Below are positions 1-10,689 of a DNA stretch of 64,000 bases, piece after piece. A program made the position numbers and the translations under genes. This DNA is from an uncultured virus (IMG/VR IMGVR_UViG_3300009164_000061) (Duplodnaviria; Heunggongvirae; Uroviricota; Caudoviricetes), in the IMG/VR virus record IMGVR_UViG_3300009164_000061, positions 1-64,000 of that record. One strand, 5' to 3'. How positions within the stretch are numbered: the stretch's first letter is position 1; each line of letters starts with the position of its first letter. The notes beneath the pieces are model-generated. The model was not told the origin of the DNA, did no database searches, and saw only the letters and a program-made list of their open reading frames with translations.

Positions 1-111
1 AGGAACAAGCGGTGCAACTGGAGCTAATGGATCAAGTGGAACCTCAGGAACAAGCGGTGCAACTGGAGCTAATGGATCAAGTGGAACCTCAGGAACAAGC
101 GGTGCAACTGG
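1..111 (+). repeat. 45-nt perfect tandem repeat (about 2.5 copies visible) coding GTSGATGANGSSGTS
   Basis: aggaacaagcggtgcaactggagctaatggatcaagtggaacctc at 1 and 46, partial copy at 91. Confidence 0.95.
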
Positions 112-640
112 TTCAAGTGGAACAAGCGGAGCTAACGGTTCTTCCGGTACATCAGGCGGTACTACTGGAACTATTACCTCAGGTACTACTGGAAGATTAG
201 CTTACTATTCTGGATCAACTACCTTAGCTGCAACAAATACGCACTATGATGCCACAAACGGCAGACTATCACTTGGTAATGGAGCCTCACCGACTTATAA
301 ATTTGAAGTAGCCGGTGATATTTATGCAACTGCTAATATTATTGCATATTCAGATCGATCAGTTAAAGATAATGTGAAGACCATCACTGGTGCTCTAGAT
401 AAGGTAACATCAATGAGAGGCGTTACATTCACCAGAAATGATCAAGAAGATACTACACGGGTTCATGCGGGTGTTATTGCACAGGAAATGGAAACAGTAT
501 TCCCAGAAGTTGTATTTGAAAATGCGAATGGTACCAAGGCAGTTGCCTATCCAGCACTAGTATCAGTCTTAATTGAGGCAATCAAGCAACAGCAACGCCA
601 AATCGATGACTTAAAGGATCAAATTAAAAAATTATTATAA
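2..640 (+). CDS. Tail fibre protein, C-terminal part (5'-truncated): collagen-like Gly-X-Y repeats plus peptidase S74-like intramolecular chaperone domain
   Basis: Frame 2 reads GTSGATGANGSSGTS... from base 2 and is in frame with the listed 374..640 ORF; SDRSVKDNV...GVIAQEMETVFPEVV...LIEAIKQQQRQI is typical of S74 chaperones. Confidence 0.85.
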   Translation, partial: GTSGATGANGSSGTSGTSGATGANGSSGTSGTSGATGSSGTSGANGSSGTSGGTTGTITSGTTGRLAYYSGSTTLAATNTHYDATNGRLSLGNGASPTYKFEVAGDIYATANIIAYSDRSVKDNVKTITGALDKVTSMRGVTFTRNDQEDTTRVHAGVIAQEMETVFPEVVFENANGTKAVAYPALVSVLIEAIKQQQRQIDDLKDQIKKLL

Positions 641-643
641 TCA

Positions 644-1330
644 ATGCCAAGCACAATAGTAGGAGCATCGAGTGGACAAATAAGTATCAGTGATCCGGCC
701 TCCGACCTAAGATCAATTATGGCAATGTTCACTCAAGTAAGTGGAGTTAATCCCAGTTCTGGGATTGAGGTTTACCCAAATCAAGTGGCTCTTCCTGATT
801 TTAATTGGAGGATAAGTGGCGGTACATATACTGGATATTATTACATCAACCGAAATGATCCACAAGGCTTAAGTTATTGGACTCAAGCAAATTACACAGG
901 CCCAATTGGATTTAATCAATTTTATAATTATTCACACTGGACTGATGAGCACTATTATGACGGAGAAGTCACAATTAATTCGCCTTTTAACTTATCGGTG
1001 TCATTATTTTTAGACGATGGAATCCAAGGTCCGTCGCTATATCAGAGTACTGTATTCGGTAATGGCCCTGGCCAAACCCTAACCGGCGGAGTCGCTATGT
1101 ATAATTATCAGCATACCAGTCCAAACGCAAACTTCATACATACAATTACACTAATGAATCTTGGACCTGGTCCAGTCTTTGCAAATCGGGTAGATATAAC
1201 AGACCTTGATACTGGTTACACGATTGCATCATTAGGAGGAGGAGTAATGCTAATGCCAGGTACACCAACTGATTTTACGTGTGGATTGCCATTTTTTCAA
1301 AGATATTATATTACACTCGATATTGCTTAA
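644..1330 (+). CDS. Hypothetical protein, probably tail-fibre associated
   Basis: 228-aa ORF, Gly/Tyr/Asn-rich, directly after the fibre gene. Confidence 0.6.
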   Translation: MPSTIVGASSGQISISDPASDLRSIMAMFTQVSGVNPSSGIEVYPNQVALPDFNWRISGGTYTGYYYINRNDPQGLSYWTQANYTGPIGFNQFYNYSHWTDEHYYDGEVTINSPFNLSVSLFLDDGIQGPSLYQSTVFGNGPGQTLTGGVAMYNYQHTSPNANFIHTITLMNLGPGPVFANRVDITDLDTGYTIASLGGGVMLMPGTPTDFTCGLPFFQRYYITLDIA

Positions 1331-1349
1331 AACAAAAATAAATAAAATC

Positions 1350-1589
1350 ATGACTACAAATATTCAAAACTATTCAGTACTTGGTAAAACTGCAACCAGT
1401 ATTAAATTTATACCCTTAACCTATGAATTGGGTTCAACCTCAGTTTCTGTGATTTATCAATTAATGGATAGCGGTAATGCCGTCATTTGCAATGGCTCAG
1501 TTAGATTAACTGATATATCTGATTGGGGTACAAATGACTCAGTCATTGTGACTAAAGTCTTAACTGCACTTGGCTTAACTGCTGCATAA
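1350..1589 (+). CDS. Small hypothetical protein (MTTNIQ...)
   Basis: ATG at 1350, preceded by ATAAATAA at 1338-1345. Confidence 0.6.
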   Translation: MTTNIQNYSVLGKTATSIKFIPLTYELGSTSVSVIYQLMDSGNAVICNGSVRLTDISDWGTNDSVIVTKVLTALGLTAA

Positions 1590-1654
1590 TTTTTTTAAGA
1601 TTACATAACCTTATTGCTAAACTTTAGTATAAAATAAAAAGTTTAGCAAACGGC

Positions 1655-4465
1655 ATGTCGATTAAAATTAAAGCGCACACCTCAATTATTGGGGAAACTG
1701 GATACAACTGTCATTCTAGAAATTTCTTTAAAGCCCTAAATTCTCTAGAAGACTTAAGAGTTGATGCCAGAAATTGGACAGTAGGTTCAACCTGGCAAGG
1801 TTATAATAATGATGAACCTCATAATGATGAGTACTATATTGATACTGAATTAAAAACAATCCTAACTCAGCAAACTCTACAGACCCCAAACGGTTCACAG
1901 GAGTTTCCGCTATACCGAAATTATCAAAATCCTGGAGAAACTGATATCCATATCGTCCTAAACGATGTTAATCATAAATATTTTGGTGATAAGTATGATG
2001 GCCCAAAAATTGCCTATAATGTTTGGGAAACTACTAAATATCCGGAAGATTTTTTTAATAAACTAAAAACATTTGATCAGGTTTGGGTTCCAAGCAGCTG
2101 GCAAAAAGAGTGCACCGTTGCTCAAGGTATCAGAGCCGATAAAGTAAAGGTTGTGCCTGAGGGAGTTGATACCCAAATGTTTAAACCCATTTCGCAAGAG
2201 ACCTCATTTCCGGAAGGTCGCCCATTCAAATTTGTGGTAGTTGGGCGTTGGGAATACCGCAAATCTACTAAAGAGATTATAAAAGCATTCATTGATACCT
2301 TTTCCGAAGATGAAAATGTTGAACTTATCTTAAATGTTGAAAATCCATTTGCAAATGATGGCTGTCTAAATACTCAAGAGCGTCTTGTCAAATTTAGCTT
2401 AGTACATAAAGGTATTAAGATACTTAATCATTTAAGCAAAGCAGAATACGTCAACCTATTACAAACTGCTGATGTATTTGTTTCTTGTGCTCGTAGTGAA
2501 GGTTGGAATCTTCCATTAATTGAGGCAATGGCATGCGGCACCCCATCAATCTATTCTGATTGGGGAGCTCAACTTGAATTTGCCGCAGGTAAAGGTTTAC
2601 CGGTAGCAACTCATGGAGAAGTTCCAGCAGGTGTTGCAAATGACGAATCCTGGAATCCAAATGCTCCAGGTAATTTTGTTGAGCCAAACTTCGAAGACCT
2701 TAAACTTAGGCTTAGAGAAGTTTATGATAATTATGAAATTTATAAAAAATCCGCGCTAATGGAATCAAAACAAATCAGAACCCAATTCACTTGGGAAAAT
2801 GCAGCAAAAATCGCACAAGATCACATCCAGGACCTCATTCAACCTGAGATAAATGAATACTCAACTGACTTTGCATGGGTGACCTGCGGTAACCTGGCCT
2901 ATATGCCGATCATTCAGAAATTAGCTGAATCTCTATTGGAATTCTCAAATCGTAAACTTATTGTTTATGGAATTGATTGTGATGTTCCATTTGACTATTT
3001 GCCAAATGTAATTGCCCGAAAATTAACAATTCCTTACTATTCAAACTATGATAAATGGTATTGGAAGCAATATGCGTGTCTTGCAGCATTTAACGAAAGT
3101 TTTGAAAATTTTGTCTGGCTAGACGGTGATATTATTGCAAACCATACAATTGATAAATTAGCAGATCATTTTGCAAATATTGAGAATTATCCATTAGCGG
3201 ATATTCATGTACAAGAAGATTTTATTGGATATTATACAAAACCGGACGGATCAAGAGGCCAGCAGCTATTTAATGAAAATTTATGCAAAGCCAAAGGTGT
3301 TAATCGTCTTGCGACTAAAGCCCATATTTGCATGTACTTATACAATCGAAATTGCGAATGGTGGTTTAATGAAATCTTAAATGTATATAAAGAAACTGAT
3401 CTTGCTGACTATCCAAGTTTACTGCAATGGAATGATGAAGGTATTGATAATTATCTAAGGTGCAAATACAGCTATAATAAGTTCTTACCAATTTCAAATT
3501 TTGATGTTTCTGAATGGGACGGTGATTTACTTGGAACAACTGGCAAAGCAATGGAACACTTTATTTCTTTTTGGAGAGATCAAGGCCCTAAGAATTTTGG
3601 AAAAGTATACGGTTGGCAGTTTATCCCAAAGAATAAAGATCAAATTCTGTACTTTCATGGCAATAAAAATCTAGGCTTTGCTCAAATTATGATTGACCAT
3701 ATTAAAGCTCAAAGAGACCAAAATTTCCATGATACTGAATATTTCTTTGTTGCTAAGGACGAAATTAAAAATTTAGGTTCAATCAAAAAAGTAGAAGGTG
3801 GTACAATGGATATTGCCTATAAATACGGATGGGATTATGCAATTTATCATGAAATTTATAACCTAACTGATTACGAACATCCACACCGCTCAGAAAATCC
3901 AGTTGTTAAAATTCAACCTGGCGATGTTGTTGTTGATCTTGGTGGAAATATTGGAATTTTTACTCGTTATGCATATCATATGGGAGCAAGTAAAATTGTA
4001 ACCTTTGAACCTGACCGTAGATATTTTGAGATCCTAAAACAAAATGCTCCAGCAAATGCAGTCCTATTTAATGCAGCAATTGGAGATCAATTAGGAACCC
4101 TAACCTTAACTGAAAGTTCTCACTTAGGCGGCTCTAACCTATGGCATCAAAAAGATCCAACTCTTACTCAATACGATGTTAATCTATACACATTAGACTA
4201 CATTTTAGATAACGGGCTAATTGACCGAATTGACTTCTTAAAGGTTGATATTGAAGGTTCTGAAATTATTGCACTAAAGGGTATCAGTGATGCTAACTTA
4301 TCTAAGATCCGAAATGTTGCAGTTGAATATCATCATGAGCACCTTAATTTTAATGATGAGCTACGCAATGAATTCATTGGCAGATTTAACCGATTAGGTT
4401 TTAATTCCTACCTATTATTTTGCGGCCCAAACAATGCACTACAATTAATTTATTTTTGGAAATAA
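1655..4465 (+). CDS. Multidomain enzyme: GT4 (GT-B) glycosyltransferase + GT-A-like domain + FkbM-family methyltransferase
   Basis: SEGWNLPLIEAMACG (GT4); VWLDGD (DxD motif); VVDLGGNIG...FEPD...LKVDIEGSE (FkbM). Confidence 0.85.
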   Translation: MSIKIKAHTSIIGETGYNCHSRNFFKALNSLEDLRVDARNWTVGSTWQGYNNDEPHNDEYYIDTELKTILTQQTLQTPNGSQEFPLYRNYQNPGETDIHIVLNDVNHKYFGDKYDGPKIAYNVWETTKYPEDFFNKLKTFDQVWVPSSWQKECTVAQGIRADKVKVVPEGVDTQMFKPISQETSFPEGRPFKFVVVGRWEYRKSTKEIIKAFIDTFSEDENVELILNVENPFANDGCLNTQERLVKFSLVHKGIKILNHLSKAEYVNLLQTADVFVSCARSEGWNLPLIEAMACGTPSIYSDWGAQLEFAAGKGLPVATHGEVPAGVANDESWNPNAPGNFVEPNFEDLKLRLREVYDNYEIYKKSALMESKQIRTQFTWENAAKIAQDHIQDLIQPEINEYSTDFAWVTCGNLAYMPIIQKLAESLLEFSNRKLIVYGIDCDVPFDYLPNVIARKLTIPYYSNYDKWYWKQYACLAAFNESFENFVWLDGDIIANHTIDKLADHFANIENYPLADIHVQEDFIGYYTKPDGSRGQQLFNENLCKAKGVNRLATKAHICMYLYNRNCEWWFNEILNVYKETDLADYPSLLQWNDEGIDNYLRCKYSYNKFLPISNFDVSEWDGDLLGTTGKAMEHFISFWRDQGPKNFGKVYGWQFIPKNKDQILYFHGNKNLGFAQIMIDHIKAQRDQNFHDTEYFFVAKDEIKNLGSIKKVEGGTMDIAYKYGWDYAIYHEIYNLTDYEHPHRSENPVVKIQPGDVVVDLGGNIGIFTRYAYHMGASKIVTFEPDRRYFEILKQNAPANAVLFNAAIGDQLGTLTLTESSHLGGSNLWHQKDPTLTQYDVNLYTLDYILDNGLIDRIDFLKVDIEGSEIIALKGISDANLSKIRNVAVEYHHEHLNFNDELRNEFIGRFNRLGFNSYLLFCGPNNALQLIYFWK

Positions 4466-4474
4466 CTAAACGGT

Positions 4475-5170
4475 ATGATAACGAACTTTAAGCGAGACCC
4501 TGAAATACTTAACTCAATTAGTCCAAAAAACTATTTAGAGAGTTACTTTATAAACAATGAAAAACGAAAAATTCATAAATGGTTTCACTATTTAGAAATC
4601 TATGAGGCTCACTTTAGTAAATTTAGAGATACTTCAGTAAATATCCTTGAGATTGGAATTGATAATGGCGGCTCTTTACAAATGTGGAAAGACTATTTTG
4701 GTAAAAACTGCAAGATTTATGGAATTGATATTCTTGAAAAATGTAAAGAGTATGAAGATGATCAAATTAACATAATTATTGGATCTCAAGAAGACCGTAA
4801 TTTTTGGAAAACCATAAAGGATACTTGTCCAAAATTTGATATTATAATAGATGATGGAGGTCATACTATGAATCAACAAGTAATTACTTACGAAGAAATG
4901 TTTCCATTTTTAAATGACAATGGTGTCTATTTATGCGAAGATGTGCATACCTCATATTGGCCTGGAGAATATGGTGGAAGTTATAAAGGAAATACCTTCA
5001 TTGAATATTCTAAAAATTTCATAGACTATTTACATGCATCATATTCATCAGCTATACCTAAAACCTATTCGGGAGATAATATCCACGGGATTCATTACTA
5101 CGATAGTATGATAGTAATTGAAAAACGAAAAAAGCCACAAATATTTCATACGGTTACTGGAAAAATATAA
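4475..5170 (+). CDS. Class I SAM-dependent methyltransferase (sugar O-methyltransferase-like)
   Basis: ILEIGIDNGGS, GIDI, FDIIIDDGGH, YLCEDVHTSYW. Confidence 0.85.
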   Translation: MITNFKRDPEILNSISPKNYLESYFINNEKRKIHKWFHYLEIYEAHFSKFRDTSVNILEIGIDNGGSLQMWKDYFGKNCKIYGIDILEKCKEYEDDQINIIIGSQEDRNFWKTIKDTCPKFDIIIDDGGHTMNQQVITYEEMFPFLNDNGVYLCEDVHTSYWPGEYGGSYKGNTFIEYSKNFIDYLHASYSSAIPKTYSGDNIHGIHYYDSMIVIEKRKKPQIFHTVTGKI

Positions 5171-5177
5171 ATTAACT

Positions 5178-5810
5178 ATGCAAAGATACGATATAATAAA
5201 TGAATTAATTCTAAAAAATGGGTTTACCAAATATTTAGAAATTGGAGTTAGAGAACCTAATGACTGCTTTAACTTAATTAATATTAATACAAAACATTCA
5301 GTTGATCCATGTTTTGAAGTTGATGCTCAAATCGACTATAAACAGACATCTGACCAATTCTTTAGGTCATTAAGAGATTCTGAATTAAATTTAGACCCTA
5401 ATTATAAATGGGATATTATTTTTATTGATGGCCTGCATGAATCTGACCAAGTTGAACGAGATATTGAAAATTCGCTAGCTCATCTTAGTCCAAATGGCTA
5501 TATTGTTTTACACGACTGTAATCCACCAACAATTCATCATGCTCGGGAAGATTTTTACGATCACTCTACTCCAGCTGAAGGTAATTGGAATGGAACCGTT
5601 TGGAAAGCAATATATAAGTATCGAGCAACCAGACCAGATCTTGAAATTTTTACAATTGATACAGATTGGGGCGTTGGTATTATTAAACACGGTTTTCAAG
5701 AATGTTGCGATTTTGACAATCCATACTATGAGTACAATAAATTTAACAATGAACGTGGCCTCTACTTAAACTTAATTAGTGTATACGAGTTTTTAAAAAA
5801 TAAATTATAA
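5178..5810 (+). CDS. Class I SAM-dependent methyltransferase (Methyltransf_24-like)
   Basis: YLEIGV, DIIFIDGLH, IVLHDCNP; start placed at ATG 5178. Confidence 0.8.
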   Translation: MQRYDIINELILKNGFTKYLEIGVREPNDCFNLININTKHSVDPCFEVDAQIDYKQTSDQFFRSLRDSELNLDPNYKWDIIFIDGLHESDQVERDIENSLAHLSPNGYIVLHDCNPPTIHHAREDFYDHSTPAEGNWNGTVWKAIYKYRATRPDLEIFTIDTDWGVGIIKHGFQECCDFDNPYYEYNKFNNERGLYLNLISVYEFLKNKL

Positions 5811-5813
5811 TAA

Positions 5814-8588
5814 ATGGCACATAAAGAACAGCAAGATTTTTGTAAAAAGATCAAATTAAATTTTCCAAAATACTTCCAAAATAAAAAAGTATTAGATATT
5901 GGATCGCTTGACATTAATGGAAATAACCGTTTTCTATTTGATAATTGTAACTATATTGGATTAGATGTTGGCGATGGTGCTAATGTTGATGTAATAGCCC
6001 CAGGCAATCTATATGATGCGCCATCTGACTATTTTGATGTAATTATTTCAACTGAAGTATTTGAACATGATCTATATTATGAAACTACTATTCAAAATAT
6101 AATTCGTATGTTAAAGCCAGGTGGAATGTTTATTTTTACTTGTGCATCAGGTCAACGTCCTGAACATGGAACTAGAAGACGTGGAGAAATGGATGCTCCT
6201 CTATTAATCCAACAATCAAGCGAATGGGCTGATTATTATAAAAATCTTGAAGCTGACGATTTTTTAAAAATTAATGGATTTGAAACCGCTTTTCCAGATG
6301 GAATATTTGAATACGGTTCATATGGTAGCTATAATCATGAATGGCAAAATCCAGACATGCAAAATATACATTCAGATATTTACTTCTTTGGGGTTAAAGG
6401 TGGAATTGCAAATGATATAAAATATTCAGCGGATAACAGACCTTCAATAATCAGACCGAATGAATATCCGGATGATATTTTTGTTGTTGACACTTGGCCA
6501 AATACTCCAGAAAAAGAATCAGACTTAATTGAATGTATTAAAAAGCTTAGAGAATTTTCAGGAATTCCGATTTTATTAGTTTCACATTATGCAATCAAAC
6601 CTGAAATTCAGAAATTAGTTGACTATTACATATACGATAAAGAAAATCCATTGCTATTAAATTCTGAATTTGGAGAATATGCAGTTGGTAGCGGAAGATG
6701 GTGCACATTTGGAAAAACTAGAGTAGATAATCAAATGGAATATCATCATGATTATGCAATTTGGAGATCAATGACTCATGCATTTAATTTCTGTAAGTAT
6801 CTAGGAAAGAAGATGATTCACTTTATGGAATACGATAATCTGCTTGATACTTTTCAATATCGCCAAGCTTTTTTGGAAAGAGCTCACCAGCATGATGCAG
6901 TAATTTATGAATACCACTCAGGTTCAGCAAAGGATACTCACCTAGCTAAATTTATGGCAACCTTTATTTTCTCAATTAAAACTGAGGTTGCTCTAAATAT
7001 TATAAATGAAGTAAAGACAAAAAAGGAATATTTCATGGGTCGCCCAAACGGTTGGCAGTTAGAAAGAGTATTCCTGCACTATTTAGAAAAACACGCAAAG
7101 GACATTTGGTTAACTAATTATATTGCAAATTCAAATGAATTAAATACTCAAGCCGTTTGGAATAGAGACGGTATCCTAAGAGATGACGCTAAATTTCAAA
7201 TTTATACAGCAGCAGACGATTTTAATAATTTATATGTGCAACTTGTTTCAGGATTTCATGATGAACCTGCAACCAAAGATTACCTACTTGAAATTAAATA
7301 CAATGGAACTGTACAATTTACGACTCTTAAAAAGGGAGACTTTCTACTTATTAAATTAGGCGAATATCGTAAAGGCTATACAGTAACTGTTAATTATTTA
7401 GGTAAATGTGCGTTCACTCAATTCTTAAGCGAGGATTTCCAAACTTTTGCAAAAATGAATCATGTAACAATTGATGGAGTTCAGCCACTGCCTACGGTAA
7501 ATCATAATTTAGTAGACGGTCCATTTGTTGAATTGAAAACTACAAGCCCAATGAAATATCAGGTAGAGTTTATTGATAATGAAACTGACAAATTAGTTTA
7601 TTCAACAAAATTAAGCGGCGGAACTTGGGCAAAAAGCTCAATCAAATATTTTAAAGATTGGAAAATTAAAGTTAAGGACCAAAGTGGAAATCCTGTAATA
7701 ATATTTAATACTGACCTAAAAGGTAAACGTGTCTATATTCCATTAGAGTCAAAAGCACTAGGTGATACCTTAGCATGGTTTCCATATGTTGAAGAATTTA
7801 GAAAGAAGCACGATTGTATTATGATCTGTTCAACTTTTTGGAATCAACTATTTAAAGATACTTATCCGAATATTGAATTCATTGAACCTGGCCAAATGGT
7901 AACTAATTTACATGCAATGTACCGACTTGGTTGGTTCCATAATGGAGATAATATTGACCGTGAAAAAAATCCTAGAGATTTTAAATTAGGTCCATTGCAA
8001 AGAACTGCAACCGATATTTTAGGATTAGACTATAAAGAGATTAAACCTCTAATAAATCACCCAACTGGTCCAGTAGTTAAGAAAAAAGTAGGCCTCGGAA
8101 TTCATAGTACTGCTCAAGCCAAATACTGGAATAATCCAACCGGCTGGCAAGAAGTTACAGATTGGTTAATTGCAAATTGTTATGAACCTGTAATTTTATC
8201 TAGAGAAGAAGATGGTTATATGGGAAATCGTAATCCGGTTGGAGCCTCTAAATTTGAAGCAGGTACAATTGACCGAGTAATTACTGAATTAACTGAATGC
8301 GCTGCTTTTATTGGAATCAGCAGTGGATTGACTTGGTTAGCTTGGGCAACAAATACTCCAAGTATTCAAATTTCCGGTTTTACTGAACCCTATAATGAAC
8401 CAGATGGCGGTATTATTAAATTAGCTGCACCTACTGGAGCTTGTTCAGGTTGCGCAAACCGATTAAGGCTTAATGCTGGTGATTGGAATTGGTGCCCAGA
8501 TCAAAAAGGTACACCTCGTCAATTTGAATGTTCAAAATTAATCACTGCTGATCAGGTAATTGAAAAGTTAAAGACAATTCTAATATAG
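5814..8588 (+). CDS. Methyltransferase fused to an Aah/TibC-like autotransporter O-heptosyltransferase (GT9-like)
   Basis: N-terminal VLDIGSLDING/STEVFEHD; C-terminal SKALGDTLAWFPYVEEF, STAQAKYWNNPTGW, FIGISSGLTWLAW and Cys cluster CSGC...WCP...FECSK. Confidence 0.8.
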   Translation: MAHKEQQDFCKKIKLNFPKYFQNKKVLDIGSLDINGNNRFLFDNCNYIGLDVGDGANVDVIAPGNLYDAPSDYFDVIISTEVFEHDLYYETTIQNIIRMLKPGGMFIFTCASGQRPEHGTRRRGEMDAPLLIQQSSEWADYYKNLEADDFLKINGFETAFPDGIFEYGSYGSYNHEWQNPDMQNIHSDIYFFGVKGGIANDIKYSADNRPSIIRPNEYPDDIFVVDTWPNTPEKESDLIECIKKLREFSGIPILLVSHYAIKPEIQKLVDYYIYDKENPLLLNSEFGEYAVGSGRWCTFGKTRVDNQMEYHHDYAIWRSMTHAFNFCKYLGKKMIHFMEYDNLLDTFQYRQAFLERAHQHDAVIYEYHSGSAKDTHLAKFMATFIFSIKTEVALNIINEVKTKKEYFMGRPNGWQLERVFLHYLEKHAKDIWLTNYIANSNELNTQAVWNRDGILRDDAKFQIYTAADDFNNLYVQLVSGFHDEPATKDYLLEIKYNGTVQFTTLKKGDFLLIKLGEYRKGYTVTVNYLGKCAFTQFLSEDFQTFAKMNHVTIDGVQPLPTVNHNLVDGPFVELKTTSPMKYQVEFIDNETDKLVYSTKLSGGTWAKSSIKYFKDWKIKVKDQSGNPVIIFNTDLKGKRVYIPLESKALGDTLAWFPYVEEFRKKHDCIMICSTFWNQLFKDTYPNIEFIEPGQMVTNLHAMYRLGWFHNGDNIDREKNPRDFKLGPLQRTATDILGLDYKEIKPLINHPTGPVVKKKVGLGIHSTAQAKYWNNPTGWQEVTDWLIANCYEPVILSREEDGYMGNRNPVGASKFEAGTIDRVITELTECAAFIGISSGLTWLAWATNTPSIQISGFTEPYNEPDGGIIKLAAPTGACSGCANRLRLNAGDWNWCPDQKGTPRQFECSKLITADQVIEKLKTILI

Positions 8589-8598
8589 ATAATTCTAT

Positions 8599-9216
8599 AT
8601 GATATTAAACGCTAGACAAAATTCATTTTTAATAAACCTACCAATGGACTTCTTTAATGGTGTTGTGCAACAAAAGTACAACAAATATTATAGAAGTCTA
8701 TTATTGCCATATAAGTCATTATCTGATTTTATGGCATCAACTATACAAACTGTGAATTTTCCAGGATTTTCTTCAACTTTGCCAACTCAGACCCGAACAC
8801 TTGGCAAGATTCAAGAATTGCAGAGTGCAAAACCAATAGCTGATCAATTTACGAGAGAACTTAAATTAACCTTTAAGTTAACTGATGCATATCTAAACTA
8901 TTTTATATTTTTAGATAATGCCTTAAATTATTTAGAACCGGCAAATGTTAATCCAGACAATCTTGGCAATAATTCATTAGGCCAAGCATTATCCGTAAAT
9001 CCAATTGCAAATGCAAATCATCCGTTTTTTCATCCAATCAGATTAACTCTCTTAAATAATGAAGGCTATGCAGTTTCATCTATTGTTTTTAATAGACCAA
9101 TGCTAAAGTCATTAAGTGAAATGAATCTATCATATTCATCAATAACTCCGCAGTTTACAACATTCACTGCCACTTTCCAATATTATAATTTTGACTTGGA
9201 ATTAGACTTTGATTAA
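8599..9216 (+). CDS. Tail tube terminator / tail completion protein (T4 gp3-like)
   Basis: QTVNFPG...LTFKL...IRLTLLNN...SLSEMNLSY...FTATFQY follows the gp3/tail-tube pattern. Confidence 0.55.
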   Translation: MILNARQNSFLINLPMDFFNGVVQQKYNKYYRSLLLPYKSLSDFMASTIQTVNFPGFSSTLPTQTRTLGKIQELQSAKPIADQFTRELKLTFKLTDAYLNYFIFLDNALNYLEPANVNPDNLGNNSLGQALSVNPIANANHPFFHPIRLTLLNNEGYAVSSIVFNRPMLKSLSEMNLSYSSITPQFTTFTATFQYYNFDLELDFD

Positions 9217-9226
9217 TTATGCAAGG

Positions 9227-10669
9227 TTATGCATTTTGATCAACAAATCCAAAACAAACATTACAATAGTATTCTGACGCAGTATAGACAAAACTTACAA
9301 TGCTTACAGTACCGTCTATTCGAATAATTGTATATCCCTCTTCTCCAATAAATTGAGTGTATTGAGTTCCATTAACTGCATTTTGAAAGGTTATACCCTG
9401 TGAAAAAATTGGAGTAAATGGCGCTGATACTTGAACCGGTACCTGTACACCAGGTTGACCTACACTTGCAAATGCAACCAATGGGTTTAGAACAGGTTGA
9501 CTAAACACTGCAGTAAAAGTTCCAGCAAATTGATTTAAAATTTGATTACCACTAAGCGGTACACCATATTGTTCAGGAAAAGTTGTTGCTGCAAACATAC
9601 CATTCGTTATTCCCATACCACCACCGCTTTGACTAACTGCAATTGTAATATTATTTTGGCCTATGCCTGTCGCAGAGGTTGATGTAACCGAATTAATTGT
9701 CATCCATTGAAATCCTGAACTACCGAAACTTGACCAATTATTCCAATAACCATTATCAGTTAACCACGTACTTGCAGCATTACCGCTTATAAAAACTTGG
9801 CCGCTTACGCTATTTGCAACTTCAATAAAACTGGCTTCAGTTAGTGAGGTTGATCTCTTAAATCCAACTGCAGCAGTTTCATCACCTAATAGTTTACAAT
9901 TTCTAGGCGTTCCATATGCTGCACTATTTTGTACTGTCATTGTGCCTTCGTAGCCTGGACATAATACTGGATAAAACGGACTGTTAATAATTTCAATACC
10001 ATTAGCATTAGTTTCTGGATCAGAGCTAATGTCATTATTCCAATAACCACCATTAACTCTCACCCACATCCCATTTACGTTATTATTAATAACAATATCA
10101 ATTATATCTCCAGTTGTCCAAGCGGATAATGATACTCCATTAACGATGTTTCCATTGTACCAAATGGTTCCATCACTACGATAACCTATACTTTGATCAT
10201 CATTACCTGGGAATGCACCGTAAGGGGTTGGGGTAACACCATTATAATTCATATTTGCAGTACCAATACCAATATAGTGACTATCTGGGAGAGTTGCAGG
10301 CGCTAATAAACTAACTAGAACGCTAAACATTACTTGGTCATTAGCCCCAATTAATTTAGTTCCTAATGTTGATTGTACGTATCCAAATAGTTGTTGGACG
10401 GTTTGATTACTGTTACTTAAACCTGCGCTATTACCTAAACGAGTTGGGTCTAAATAGAGATAGTCAGCTACTGGTGTTGGATGTAAATCATTAGGCTGCG
10501 AATAGGCAATAACGTAACCCAAGTCCTGATCTGGACCTTGCCACCATTGAACTCCACCTGGTGAAGTTGTATAATCTTGGTCGTCTACGCTAATTGCTAG
10601 ATCTCCAACTTGATCTGTTCCAGCAATTGGAGAACCTGTATTGTATGCAAATGATTTTGAGGTTGACAT
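9227..10669 (-). CDS. Hypothetical virion/adhesin-like protein, possible SPRY/concanavalin-like domain
   Basis: 480-aa beta-rich ORF; SIGYRSDGTIWYNG...WTTGDIIDIV...MWVRVNG resembles SPRY. Confidence 0.5.
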   Translation of the reverse strand: MSTSKSFAYNTGSPIAGTDQVGDLAISVDDQDYTTSPGGVQWWQGPDQDLGYVIAYSQPNDLHPTPVADYLYLDPTRLGNSAGLSNSNQTVQQLFGYVQSTLGTKLIGANDQVMFSVLVSLLAPATLPDSHYIGIGTANMNYNGVTPTPYGAFPGNDDQSIGYRSDGTIWYNGNIVNGVSLSAWTTGDIIDIVINNNVNGMWVRVNGGYWNNDISSDPETNANGIEIINSPFYPVLCPGYEGTMTVQNSAAYGTPRNCKLLGDETAAVGFKRSTSLTEASFIEVANSVSGQVFISGNAASTWLTDNGYWNNWSSFGSSGFQWMTINSVTSTSATGIGQNNITIAVSQSGGGMGITNGMFAATTFPEQYGVPLSGNQILNQFAGTFTAVFSQPVLNPLVAFASVGQPGVQVPVQVSAPFTPIFSQGITFQNAVNGTQYTQFIGEEGYTIIRIDGTVSIVSFVYTASEYYCNVCFGFVDQNA

Positions 10670-10689
10670 TTGTTTATTTTATTATTTTA

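Noticed and set aside
1..200. CRISPR array, or the listed ORF 12..200
   Set aside because: The 45-nt units are contiguous with no spacers and encode Gly-X-Y repeats in frame 2; ORF 12..200 is a shadow frame
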